The position numbers and the translations under genes are program-made. A DNA stretch of 24,000 nucleotides from Nitrososphaeria archaeon (GTDB lineage Archaea; Thermoproteota; Nitrososphaeria; JACIWG01). Location: NCBI GenBank assembly GCA_963752255.1, contig CAVVXT010000006.1, positions 13,192-37,191 on the forward strand, given 5' to 3'. The first letter of the stretch is position 1. Each line of letters opens with the position of its first letter. The notes beneath the pieces were generated by a model, which worked only from the letters and a program-made list of their open reading frames with translations, did not search any database and was not told the origin of the DNA. Shown here piece after piece: positions 1 to 8,337 of the stretch.

Positions 1-20
1 CAGTAAATAATTTCTATTGA

Positions 21-85
21 TGAACAGCTGAAATTAATTTGCTTATATCGTTCTATGCGGCACTAACGAGATTTTAGGATTCTCA
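21..85. repeat. Copy C of a ~65-nt repeat also present upstream of the AKR gene at 8203-8268
   Basis: TGAACAGCTGAAATTAATTTGCTTATATCGTTCTATGCGGCACTAACGAGATTTTAGGATTCTCA aligns by eye to 8203-8268. I count about 8 substitutions and one 1-nt indel. It contains a TATA-like TTGCTTATATC. Confidence 0.6.
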
Positions 86-162
86 GTGAAAAGCTTCACG
101 AACACCCAACTAACTGCACACCCCGTGCCAACAATGTATGCCTTGATGTCGATAATCTTCAT
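43..162 (-). pseudogene. N-terminal stub of an enolase-superfamily enzyme (mandelate racemase / D-mannonate / D-galactonate dehydratase type)
   Basis: The minus-strand ATG at 162-160 is preceded by AAAGG. The translation MKIIDIKAYIVGTGCAVSWVFVKLFTE fits the family N-terminus pattern (MKI..I....V....W.F.K..T[DE]). Similarity stops where the 65-nt repeat begins, and a stop follows at 43-45. Confidence 0.45.
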
Positions 163-377
163 CCTTTAACTACTTCTCTTTCTTTTGTCATGGATAGCGC
201 TGTGTAGTAGTTATTAATCATTCAAAACAAGCTAAACTTGTTAGAAAGTCGATGCACTATGCTTAATTGAAGCTTAAAGTCAAATTTTAAAGCTCACCCC
301 TACACTAAACCTATTAGATGAATGTGTTGGAAAGGTTCAAATGGTCGTTATTTAGTGCTTCATCCAATGAAAAATAG

Positions 378-1304
378 ATGGATTTAGACATAGCACTTAA
401 TACCACAATACCATTTCTAATTCTAATAGGATTAGGTTTCATATCAAGAAAGGTAGGCCTGCTGAAGGAAGGAGATGAACGGGTTCTTATGTCTTTCGTA
501 TTCTATTTTGCCCTTCCATCCTTTTTTGTGAGCAATCTTTCTCAGATCAATTTCACTCAAGTGAACTTCATCTTCCTATTAGCCGGAGTGATACCCATAT
601 TGATTGTATTAGTAATTTTCAGCCTTCTACGAATGCTGTTTAAATTTTCTAGGGGAACCTTCTACCTTCTCGTTCTGAGCACCGTCTTTGGTAATTTACT
701 GTTCTATGGAATACCGTTCATGGAATTCGCCTTCCCTGGGACGGAATCCCTCGCCATGCTTTCAGCGGCCTCCATTTCCATTTTAGCAATTCCTGTTACC
801 TTGGCCCTCCTAGAATCCTATAACATACAGGGATCAGACAAACTTGAAAGCTCAAGGCGGGTGTTGAAGGGTCTCTCAAAGAACCCTGTAATGGTCTCAG
901 TCCTCTTTGGCGTTATCCTTTCTGTTTCGAGGATTACGGTTCCTGTCCCCATATTGAATCCTTTAAACTTGTTAGGAGCCACCACCGTTCCTGTTGCCAC
1001 CTTCCTACTAGGAGTATTTTTTTACGGAAGAAGGTTCAGAGAACTTGCTAGTGGCTTCAAACTGAGTCTTCTTAGAATGGCCCTTCTGCCCACTATAGCC
1101 TTGATAATCGCTACTCTGGCCAATTTAAGTAGGATAGAAGTGACTGCGATCGTAATAATGCACGGTACACCGCTGGCAATACCTATGATCGTCTTCTGCG
1201 AACACTACAATTTTTACAAAGATAAGATGGCCTCTTTGCTTCTGATTTCGTCCCTTTTAGCGGGAATATATCTGAATGTTTGGCTTTTAATTCTCGGATA
1301 TTAA
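378..1304 (+). CDS. AEC (auxin efflux carrier) family membrane transporter
   Basis: This is a 308-aa polytopic hydrophobic ORF. Its N-terminus (TIPFLILIGLGFISRKVGLL..GDERVLMSFVFYFALPSFF) is typical of the AEC/malate-permease-like family. Confidence 0.8.
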   Translation: MDLDIALNTTIPFLILIGLGFISRKVGLLKEGDERVLMSFVFYFALPSFFVSNLSQINFTQVNFIFLLAGVIPILIVLVIFSLLRMLFKFSRGTFYLLVLSTVFGNLLFYGIPFMEFAFPGTESLAMLSAASISILAIPVTLALLESYNIQGSDKLESSRRVLKGLSKNPVMVSVLFGVILSVSRITVPVPILNPLNLLGATTVPVATFLLGVFFYGRRFRELASGFKLSLLRMALLPTIALIIATLANLSRIEVTAIVIMHGTPLAIPMIVFCEHYNFYKDKMASLLLISSLLAGIYLNVWLLILGY

Positions 1305-1407
1305 CCTATCAGAAACAATATGTGGATGAAACATGTGAACTACCTTACGGCATTCTCAAGAGGATTGTTCGGAGGCTTTAAATATGTCTTCGACTATATA
1401 TGTAAAA

Positions 1408-2392
1408 ATGAAATATCGTATTCTTGGAAGGACGGGGTTAATTTTCTGAGTTAGGGTTAGGAGCCCACGAATATAGACGTTGGCTCAATAGGATACACTT
1501 TAAGAATGATTGGGAACCTAAGTGGTTCTTGGAGACACAGCCTCAGAGGAATAAAATTATAGAGAAAGCCATCAATTCTGGGATTAACTTTTTTGAGTCA
1601 ACGCTAAAGGAGGAAGCGGAGTCTCTGGGTCTGGCTTTGAAGGCTCTTGGGCGAAGAAATGAGGTGTATTTGTCAGCTATGCTAGTTTTTCCATTCAAGA
1701 TGTTGAAGGACGACCCTTCTTCTAGATGGCGTGATATCCTCTTGGAGGAGTTGGAGGGAAGATTCCGCTTACTACAAACCAATCATATAGACCTTTTCCA
1801 CGTCCATATGCCCGAGGACAATTACTTACCTGACAGGCTGAAGGCATTTTTGGAGATCTTAGAAGAGTTGAAGGCTCAGGGGAGGATAGGTTTCATAGGA
1901 GCCTCCAGTCACGAGCTGCCGTTCTTATCCGAGTTGATTAGAAAGTATGACTGCTTCGATGAGGTGATGGTCAGGTACAACTATCATCTCCAAGAGGCTA
2001 AAGACGTTATTTTCCCATTGTGTAAAGCTTTGAACATTGGAGTTGTCGTGATGAAACCGCTCTCCTGGCCCTACTATGGGATCCCGTTCACCTACTTTTG
2101 CAGTGATAAGGTCAAGCCGAACTCCTATACACCAGCTCAGACGAGCATCCATTGGATTCTAAGAGCTCCTGAAGTTACTACGTTAGTTCCAAGCGTCAAT
2201 GACATGACAGAGTTAGATGAGAACCTGTCCGCCTTTGCTTCAGAATATGAGGTAGATGAAAAAGTATTGAAGAGAAGCCTTAAAACCGCTCAAGGCCCAA
2301 AAGCAAGAGAAATACTTCGAAGGCTGGTCGAACATCCAGCAAAGGATATACGAAACTACGCCAAAGAAGCCCTAGAATGTACGACATTCTAA
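1408..2392 (+). pseudogene. Aldo/keto reductase interrupted by a frameshift at a T-run
   Basis: ATG 1408 encodes MKYRILGRTGLIF then a stop at 1447-1449. The next frame continues SELGLGAHEY... directly into ORF 1529-2392 (GINFFESTLKEE, IGFIGASSHE). Together these make a canonical AKR N-terminus split at TTAATTTTCTGAG (1438-1450). Confidence 0.8.
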
Positions 2393-2486
2393 CGGGAAAC
2401 GAGAGGCATTTACAAATAAATGAGCAAGAAAGCTCCCATTTTTATTCTATAAAAAAGATTTAGTATAGGAGTAATGCGAGTTCTGT

Positions 2487-3248
2487 ATGAATATGGAAAC
2501 AGAGGTTCTTCTTTATCAAGAATTGTTGACGAATGCTTGGCCGGCTAAAACCATCATTTTTCAGAATGGATGGATAGTGAAATTGTCTGAAGGAGTGACA
2601 AAACGAGTGAATGCTGTTCTCCCGATCAGATATGTTGGAGACAATTTATTTGACGATATCAGCGTCGTCGAGAGTATTTACAGAGAGAGGAATATGCCAG
2701 TTATATTTCAAGTTCCCGATTATTTTGAACCTCCCAACTTGAAGGAAACGCTCCTCTCGTTAGGATATGGGAGTATCGATGAAACCTTGATTATGACCTC
2801 TAGCATAAAAGAGATTTCGAAAATTGAAGAGAATAGGAATTTGAATTTTTTCATTGAGCAGGAATTATCAGATAAATGGTTGGCAGCCCTCGGAAATCTT
2901 CATAATTACAGTCAAGCTACAATTGATGGGCAAGAACAGATCATTAAGAGAATTCCTTTTAGGACGAAGGCCTTTTTCTATGGTGAGTTGGACAATCAAA
3001 TTGTTGCCGTAGGACTTGCCATTATTGAAAGAGAATACTTGGGAATCTACGACCTTGTTGTTCATCCAAACTGTCGACTGCGGGGAATTGCTCAATCATT
3101 AATTGCAAAGATGCTCCAGTGGGGAATAGGGAACTTGGCTAAGCACGTCTATTTGGCAGCTCAAGGAGATAACTTTGGGGCAATAGCACTATACAATAAA
3201 ATTGGCCTAAAAGACCGCTATCATTATCGCTATCTGACAAAAATTTAG
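2487..3248 (+). CDS. GNAT family N-acetyltransferase (two-lobed, 253 aa)
   Basis: The C-terminal acetyl-CoA motif is LVVHPNCRLRGIAQSLIAKML...GAIALYNKIGL. The N-terminal W-P...GW.V..SEG.T.R.N motif is seen in long GNATs. Confidence 0.8.
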   Translation: MNMETEVLLYQELLTNAWPAKTIIFQNGWIVKLSEGVTKRVNAVLPIRYVGDNLFDDISVVESIYRERNMPVIFQVPDYFEPPNLKETLLSLGYGSIDETLIMTSSIKEISKIEENRNLNFFIEQELSDKWLAALGNLHNYSQATIDGQEQIIKRIPFRTKAFFYGELDNQIVAVGLAIIEREYLGIYDLVVHPNCRLRGIAQSLIAKMLQWGIGNLAKHVYLAAQGDNFGAIALYNKIGLKDRYHYRYLTKI

Positions 3249-3444
3249 ATCTTTGCTAGCTGGAAATGACTAAAGATCTTTCCTAAAGCTTCCATTTTCT
3301 ATTTTACTCCTTCCAGAATATTTCCAACACCCAATACTTTACTAAAACCAGCGAAATTATGATAGTACCATTTGTGATGTTATAAAATTTGAACCCATAA
3401 GAGTAAAGAAATAAATAGAATAATGCGGTAGATTACTTTAGAAA

Positions 3445-3759
3445 ATGGAGTCAGAAAAAATAAAAGCAAGACAAGAGAGGCTGCAAGGAAGGGTTACAAA
3501 CATAGAAAAGACAGACGAAAAGAAGAAGGATGAACAAGGAAACCTTTGGGAGAAATGTATCATAACTGTAGAATTAATAGGATTTTCAAAAAGAACACCA
3601 AAAAAGATTTTACCTATGAAATTAAAAGGAAAGCAAATCAAACTCCTCAGATGGTGCTGTTTTGACTGGCACTACAAAATCAGTACCCGAAAAACACTTG
3701 AACCAAATGAAACCAAAGCAATTCTCCTAGAAAAACCTACCATTACAACATATTGGTAA
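3445..3759 (+). CDS. Hypothetical protein (104 aa, lysine-rich N-terminus)
   Basis: The ORF has an ATG start and no competing ORF except an antisense one. I recognise no family. Confidence 0.4.
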   Translation: MESEKIKARQERLQGRVTNIEKTDEKKKDEQGNLWEKCIITVELIGFSKRTPKKILPMKLKGKQIKLLRWCCFDWHYKISTRKTLEPNETKAILLEKPTITTYW

Positions 3760-3800
3760 AGATCATTTATGAATCGGAGCTGAATTACAGAATGGAAAAT

Positions 3801-3810
3801 TTTTTATATT
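3801..3810 (+). promoter_or_regulatory. TATA-like box upstream of the UroD-family gene
   Basis: TTTTTATATT is centred about 24 nt upstream of ATG 3829 (MAPRERLL...). That spacing is expected for an archaeal leaderless or short-leader transcript. Confidence 0.35.
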
Positions 3811-3828
3811 TTGGAGATGATTAGTTCA

Positions 3829-4875
3829 ATGGCCCCTCGCGAAAGATTGCTTGAAGCGCTATACGGAGAGGAGCCGGATATCGTTCCTCTTTTTGAAATC
3901 GAAATAAACAAACCTGTAGTAAAAGAAATACTTGGTAGAGATCCTAATGGTGCTATGGACTTTTATGAAGTTTACAGCAAATTTGGGTTAGATGGAATAA
4001 ACTTTTGGGATATTCCTGTACCCGTAAAGTATCTTGACGCTAAAAGCTTCATCGATGATTGGGCTAGAATTTGGAAAACCAGTACAAACGATGTTACTTA
4101 TTACGTTAATGGTGCAATAAATTCTATCGAAGATTTTGAAAAATTTTCTCCACCTAATCCATATGATTATAGTCGACTGGATAGACTACACAAAGTGATA
4201 AGTAACAATAAGAATCAACTTGCGGTTGTTGGTGGCATTCATGATGGCTATGAAATCCCTTCACAAATGAGAGGTGTAAGTAACTTTCTTATAGACTTGT
4301 ACAGGAATCCGAGCTTTGTAAAAAAACTAATAGAAGCTTCTGTAAATTTTAATATAGAATTAGCTAAAGCGATGATTGATATTGGAGTAGATGCGATAAT
4401 ATCAGGCGATGACTATGCCTACAAGCAAGGGCCAATGATGTCACCTAAACACTTTAGAGAATTAATAGCACCCGGTTTGAAAAAGATTGTTGATGCTGTA
4501 CATAAAAAAGGAATACCTTTCATCAAACATACAGACGGTTACATTTACCCTATCATGGAAGACTTGATTAGTGCAGGAATAGACGCTTTACATCCAATAG
4601 AGCCCCGAGCAAATATGAGCCTTAAAGATGTCAAAGACAAATATGGTGAAGTCATATGTATAATCGGTAACGTGGATGTTACTTATGTTCTACCATTTGG
4701 CACAATCGAGGAAACAGTTAACGAAGTTAAAAGATGTATAGGTGAAGCAGCAAGTGGTGGCGGATATATACTCAGCTCCAGTAACTCAATCCACAACGCA
4801 GTTAAAGTTGACAACTTCAAAGCGATGATCGATGCCACAAGAAAATATGGCAGATACCCTCACATCGTTAAATAA
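3829..4875 (+). CDS. Uroporphyrinogen decarboxylase (URO-D) family protein, MtaA/CmuA-like methyltransferase type
   Basis: The N-terminus MAPRERLLEALYGEEPDIVPLFE and the C-terminal GGGYILSSSNSIH are typical of the URO-D/methylcobamide methyltransferase-like family. The ORF track starts it at TTG 3811, and ATG 3817 is also possible. Confidence 0.8.
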   Translation: MAPRERLLEALYGEEPDIVPLFEIEINKPVVKEILGRDPNGAMDFYEVYSKFGLDGINFWDIPVPVKYLDAKSFIDDWARIWKTSTNDVTYYVNGAINSIEDFEKFSPPNPYDYSRLDRLHKVISNNKNQLAVVGGIHDGYEIPSQMRGVSNFLIDLYRNPSFVKKLIEASVNFNIELAKAMIDIGVDAIISGDDYAYKQGPMMSPKHFRELIAPGLKKIVDAVHKKGIPFIKHTDGYIYPIMEDLISAGIDALHPIEPRANMSLKDVKDKYGEVICIIGNVDVTYVLPFGTIEETVNEVKRCIGEAASGGGYILSSSNSIHNAVKVDNFKAMIDATRKYGRYPHIVK

Positions 4876-5120
4876 TAGCTAAAAGTTGCGTTATATCGAG
4901 CCGTCATCTAACCCGTAGAAGAAGAATTATTGTAAACTAAAAAAAGAAAAAGCAAATATAATATAATCAAATTATATATGAAAAGCCAGGATAACATGAG
5001 AGGGCCAAGAGAAGAAATTTTGAAGGTCCCAAGGTTTTACTCTAACCCGAGAGTATTCTTAAAATCGTCGGGGCAAAAAAGTGGAACAATAACTCCAATC
5101 CCTCCATCAAGTGATCAAAT

Positions 5121-5627
5121 ATGGATCGTTTAGCCGCAGGCACACCTGTACCGGCTAGCAGGCAATCCCACATCAGGATTAGGCAAGCATCACCGAAGGA
5201 CCTTCGCAGCATCATGTTCCTTGCCAAAGCGTGTATTTTGGATCTGGCTGGAACTAAAGACAAGAGGATTGTTCAGGCGATATCGGAGAGAATCAAGATT
5301 GACCTAGAGTTGTATCCCAGAACTTGCTTGGTTGTCCATGACGGCGAAGGGCTGGTGGGTTTCTCGCTGACCGAGGTCACTGGTTCTTGCGCCTCTATAT
5401 TCCTGCTAGCCGTGGACTCACGGCACCGAAGGAGTGGTATAGGGTCGACGCTAGTCGTCGACACGCTCAACAGACTGAAGGATAAAGGGGTCAAGTACGT
5501 CGAACTCGCGACTCCTTCGGAAAACGAATCGTCCCAAACCTTCTGGATCAGCAAAAGCTTCACAGATGCCAAGATGAGAGTCTTTTCAAGATTTTTGAGT
5601 CGGCGCAATATTCATCAGCGAAGGTAG
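5121..5627 (+). CDS. GNAT family N-acetyltransferase (168 aa)
   Basis: IRIRQASPKDL (beta1), LVGFSLTEV, and LAVDSRHRRSGIGSTLV (the Q/RxxGxG/A CoA-binding motif) are present, followed by VELATPSENESSQTFWISKSF. Confidence 0.75.
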   Translation: MDRLAAGTPVPASRQSHIRIRQASPKDLRSIMFLAKACILDLAGTKDKRIVQAISERIKIDLELYPRTCLVVHDGEGLVGFSLTEVTGSCASIFLLAVDSRHRRSGIGSTLVVDTLNRLKDKGVKYVELATPSENESSQTFWISKSFTDAKMRVFSRFLSRRNIHQRR

Positions 5628-5982
5628 GCTTGCGAGTTGTAGCAATACGTTTACTACGGTTGATAAGAATGAAAAACTCTAACAGCGTTTCCATTTAAAT
5701 TCAACCTGTAGGAAAATAAAGTTTACATTCACAGTTACATACGCGACACTTGGTAAGCCGAAAAGAAAAACGAGAATGTTGGAGAAGGAATAGGAACAAC
5801 TTTTCAAACTTGGGCACAACGATAGGTCTCAACAAAGAATGATTATTGAAAGAGAAAAGCAGCTAGAACATCAATTATTTAAAATATACCAATTAAAAAA
5901 ATTAGAGGATATATAGATTAGGCACCTTCCTTTTTATCAGAATCCTTTAACCTTTAACGGAGAGGAGGTTTAATACTAACTG

Positions 5983-6135
5983 ATGGATAGCGACCATGAA
6001 TTTAATTTTGAAGAAGACGAGCCAGCGTATACTTATTCGCTCACAGTAGAGGAAGAAGGGCTGGGATATCTACCAACTGTACCTCAAGTCTTAAAATTGT
6101 TCAGTAAGATAGAAGAAATAGTATCATCACAGTAA
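5983..6135 (+). CDS. Small acidic hypothetical protein (50 aa, below the ORF-track cutoff)
   Basis: ATG 5983 follows GGAGAGGAGGT (5960-5970). The translation is MDSDHEFNFEEDEPAYTYSLTVEEEGLGYLPTVPQVLKLFSKIEEIVSSQ, with a stop at 6133-6135. Confidence 0.3.
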   Translation: MDSDHEFNFEEDEPAYTYSLTVEEEGLGYLPTVPQVLKLFSKIEEIVSSQ

Positions 6136-6333
6136 ATTGGAGTCAAATTAACTATACAAAAGGCAAATATTAAAAGCTGTAATTACAAATTGTTCTTATA
6201 TACGTAAATATGTTTATAAAATAAAAAAAACCCACAAATTTGATAAATAAGTTATTAAAAATCTTTGAAATATGTAAATTAGAAACGTTTAAATAACTTT
6301 TCTCCAACGATTTTCTTTGGCTGGTGAAGAAGT

Positions 6334-6687
6334 TTGTCAGAGCCTACTAAGCGAAAGAAATCATCGACGCGAAGGGAGGGGAAACTCGCAACGGATAAGA
6401 TAAGCAAAAAGCCTGAAAAGATAAGGGTCTCCTCGAAGGCCGTCAGAAAAAAGATGACAAGAAGGGAGACTAAGAAGAAACCAAAGAGAGCGAAGATAGA
6501 GCTGGAAAAACACCCCACCGTAGCGCAGGAACAGACCATTCTTACAAGCTTCTTTCGAGGGGAGACCGTAGGGAGTGTCCAAAGTAGATATAGAAAGAGT
6601 CTGCGAGATGAGATACGCAACCTTAAAAATGCATTCGAGGCTGGAGAGTTCTTCCTCAAGGACGATGTATGGCAGCTGGTCTCCTAA
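6334..6687 (+). CDS. Highly basic K/R-rich hypothetical protein (117 aa from TTG, 77 aa from ATG 6454)
   Basis: The K/R-rich composition is uniform across the ORF (KRKKSSTRREGK...KKKPKRAK), with a more ordinary C-terminal third. The frame opens at 6328, so the start is TTG 6334 or ATG 6454. Confidence 0.5.
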   Translation: MSEPTKRKKSSTRREGKLATDKISKKPEKIRVSSKAVRKKMTRRETKKKPKRAKIELEKHPTVAQEQTILTSFFRGETVGSVQSRYRKSLRDEIRNLKNAFEAGEFFLKDDVWQLVS

Positions 6688-7754
6688 CTGGCTCGTTTGA
6701 TGATGGGGGGGCTGTGAGCATGACCAAAGACAACTATAAGGAACGGCGGAGTTATGTCCATTTGGGGCATAACAAACTTTTGTTGAGTCATCCCGTGGCT
6801 GACGCTTCCGGTCTAAGGGTCGCCTGCTTTTCGTATCCCGCAGACTTGGGCTCTTGGAACTTTACGAAAGCTTTAGAGCTTGTGAATGTGGACGCGGTGA
6901 ACTGTGTCACCTCACATCATTACTTTGATTATCCCTATTGGTTCGACGTCTCGACCACGAAGGGACAGGTGGGATTTCAAAATTGGCTGGACAAAGGCAA
7001 GCCCGATGTGGTCATAGCGAACAAACATCCCTTATGGGATAGACCTTACCCCATCCGTATCCCCTGCGACGAGTCCAAGCGTCGCGTTATATGGCATCGT
7101 GGCAGCATCTACAGAAGGAACTACGAGAAGATCAACGCGCAGGACAGGTCCGCCAGGCTTATTCGCATGGCCAGCACCTTAGATCTGCTGCAATATGGTA
7201 AATCCGACCTTCATTGGTTTCCCTTACCTCTGCCCGTGAACGAATATGCGACCTTCAGGAGGAGGCGCAGGGGAAGGAAGGTAAGGTTCTTTCACTCACC
7301 GACCGTTCGCGAGGTTAAGGGCACACAAAAGTTCGTCGAGTGCATCGATGAGCTAAAGCACGAATCTTCAGACTACGATGACTTGCAGCTGGTCATCGCA
7401 GAGAGGTCGACTCACAATGAATGCATGAAAATTAGGAGGACCTGCGACGTGGCACTAGACCAGATCAGCAACTTATGCTATGGCAGCAGCGGATTGGAGG
7501 CCTCCTGTATGAAGATGCCTGTCGTAGCCAACGTGCATCCGACGGTCTACGACGAGCTCAAAGATCGAGGGATAGAGCCTTGGTTCATTGACCCGGGGTT
7601 CAATGAGAAAGAGAGGCTCAAGGACTGTATTAAGGAGCTCTACAGCGACGCTTCCTTCAGAAAGGAAGTGGGGATGAAGGGTTACAAGTATGTGAGGGAA
7701 TGGCACGACCTAGCTGTCTGTGCGAGGCGCTTCCTTTCAATGATCGATGTCTAA
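6669..7754 (+). CDS. GT-B fold glycosyltransferase-like protein (GT1/GT4-type C-terminal domain) with an unrecognised N-terminal half
   Basis: The C-terminal half (KGTQKFVECIDELK...LQLVIAERS...DVALDQ...YGSSGLEASCMKMPVVAN...) follows the GT-B donor-domain pattern. An alternative start is ATG 6718. Confidence 0.6.
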   Translation: MAAGLLTGSFDDGGAVSMTKDNYKERRSYVHLGHNKLLLSHPVADASGLRVACFSYPADLGSWNFTKALELVNVDAVNCVTSHHYFDYPYWFDVSTTKGQVGFQNWLDKGKPDVVIANKHPLWDRPYPIRIPCDESKRRVIWHRGSIYRRNYEKINAQDRSARLIRMASTLDLLQYGKSDLHWFPLPLPVNEYATFRRRRRGRKVRFFHSPTVREVKGTQKFVECIDELKHESSDYDDLQLVIAERSTHNECMKIRRTCDVALDQISNLCYGSSGLEASCMKMPVVANVHPTVYDELKDRGIEPWFIDPGFNEKERLKDCIKELYSDASFRKEVGMKGYKYVREWHDLAVCARRFLSMIDV

Positions 7755-7820
7755 ATGCCGTAGTGTGAAATGAATCAACTGGTTCCATAAAGCAAACAAG
7801 AAGATGTGAAAAAATTGTGT

Positions 7821-8030
7821 CTAATTACTTTCGAACTTAACCTTCCTTAGAATTCGTCTTGCTTCTTCCTCTCCTAAGAGTCCTACAAGCCTCTTTTCAG
7901 ATTCTTCACCCTTCCAAGATCCAAGTATCTCTTTCACTGTTTCTCCGATTCCTGGAGACAGGTCTCGAACAGCCTCGTCGATCATGTTTTTTCGCTTAAC
8001 TACACCTTTCGGTTTGAACACTTTCCCCAT
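7821..8030 (-). CDS. Hypothetical small protein (69 aa)
   Basis: The ORF has an ATG start, lies in an otherwise non-coding AT-rich spacer, and has a charged composition. I recognise no family. Confidence 0.35.
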   Translation of the reverse strand: MGKVFKPKGVVKRKNMIDEAVRDLSPGIGETVKEILGSWKGEESEKRLVGLLGEEEARRILRKVKFESN

Positions 8031-8122
8031 AGAATAGTTACCCCATACTTACTAAATAATCCCTAGAACGTATTAAGGATTCTTTAAGGCAATCTTTACA
8101 AGAGGAATACTATATTATTATA

Positions 8123-8162
8123 GTTGAAAATTGTATAATACGTTGAAAATTTCAGCCAAGTT
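8123..8162 (+). promoter_or_regulatory. Direct-repeat / palindromic TATA-like motif conserved upstream of both AKR paralogues
   Basis: The motif reads GTTGAAAATT-GTATAATAC-GTTGAAAATT-TCAGCCAAGTT. It is a perfect 10-nt direct repeat flanking the palindrome GTAT-A-ATAC. The same 40 nt recur at 19595-19634 with one change. Confidence 0.4.
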
Positions 8163-8202
8163 GCGCTTTTAATAGCCACACAGAGCTATCTAAATGGAAC
8201 CA

Positions 8203-8268
8203 TGGACAGCTGAAATTAATTTGCTTATATCATTCTCTACGACTCTAACGACGATTTTATGATTCTCA
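8203..8268. repeat. Copy A of the ~65-nt repeat (see 21-85), inside the AKR leader
   Basis: TGGACAGCTGAAATTAATTTGCTTATATCATTCTCTACGACTCTAACGACGATTTTATGATTCTCA is only partly retained in the paralogous leader at about 19690-19720. Confidence 0.6.
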
Positions 8269-8337
8269 ATTGTATCATAGAAAAAGTTCAGCAAATATTT
8301 TTAAGAAAGAACACGGTTGACAGGCTTGTTGAACGAT

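Noticed and set aside
4977-5627. The idea that the 168-aa GNAT is a GNAT-toxin with an upstream antitoxin. A 51-codon ORF at 4977-5132 lies just upstream.
   Set aside because: The small ORF (MKSQDNMRGPREEILKVPRFYSNPRV...) shows no RHH or DUF1778-like character. It also overlaps the GNAT start in another frame. There is no positive evidence for a toxin-antitoxin pair.
6279-6659. A 126-aa minus-strand ORF (and 6361-6582) antisense to the K/R-rich ORF.
   Set aside because: It is the mirror of AAG/AGA-rich coding sequence and gives an F/L/S-rich artefact. The plus-strand ORF sits directly upstream of, and slightly overlaps, the co-oriented transferase gene.
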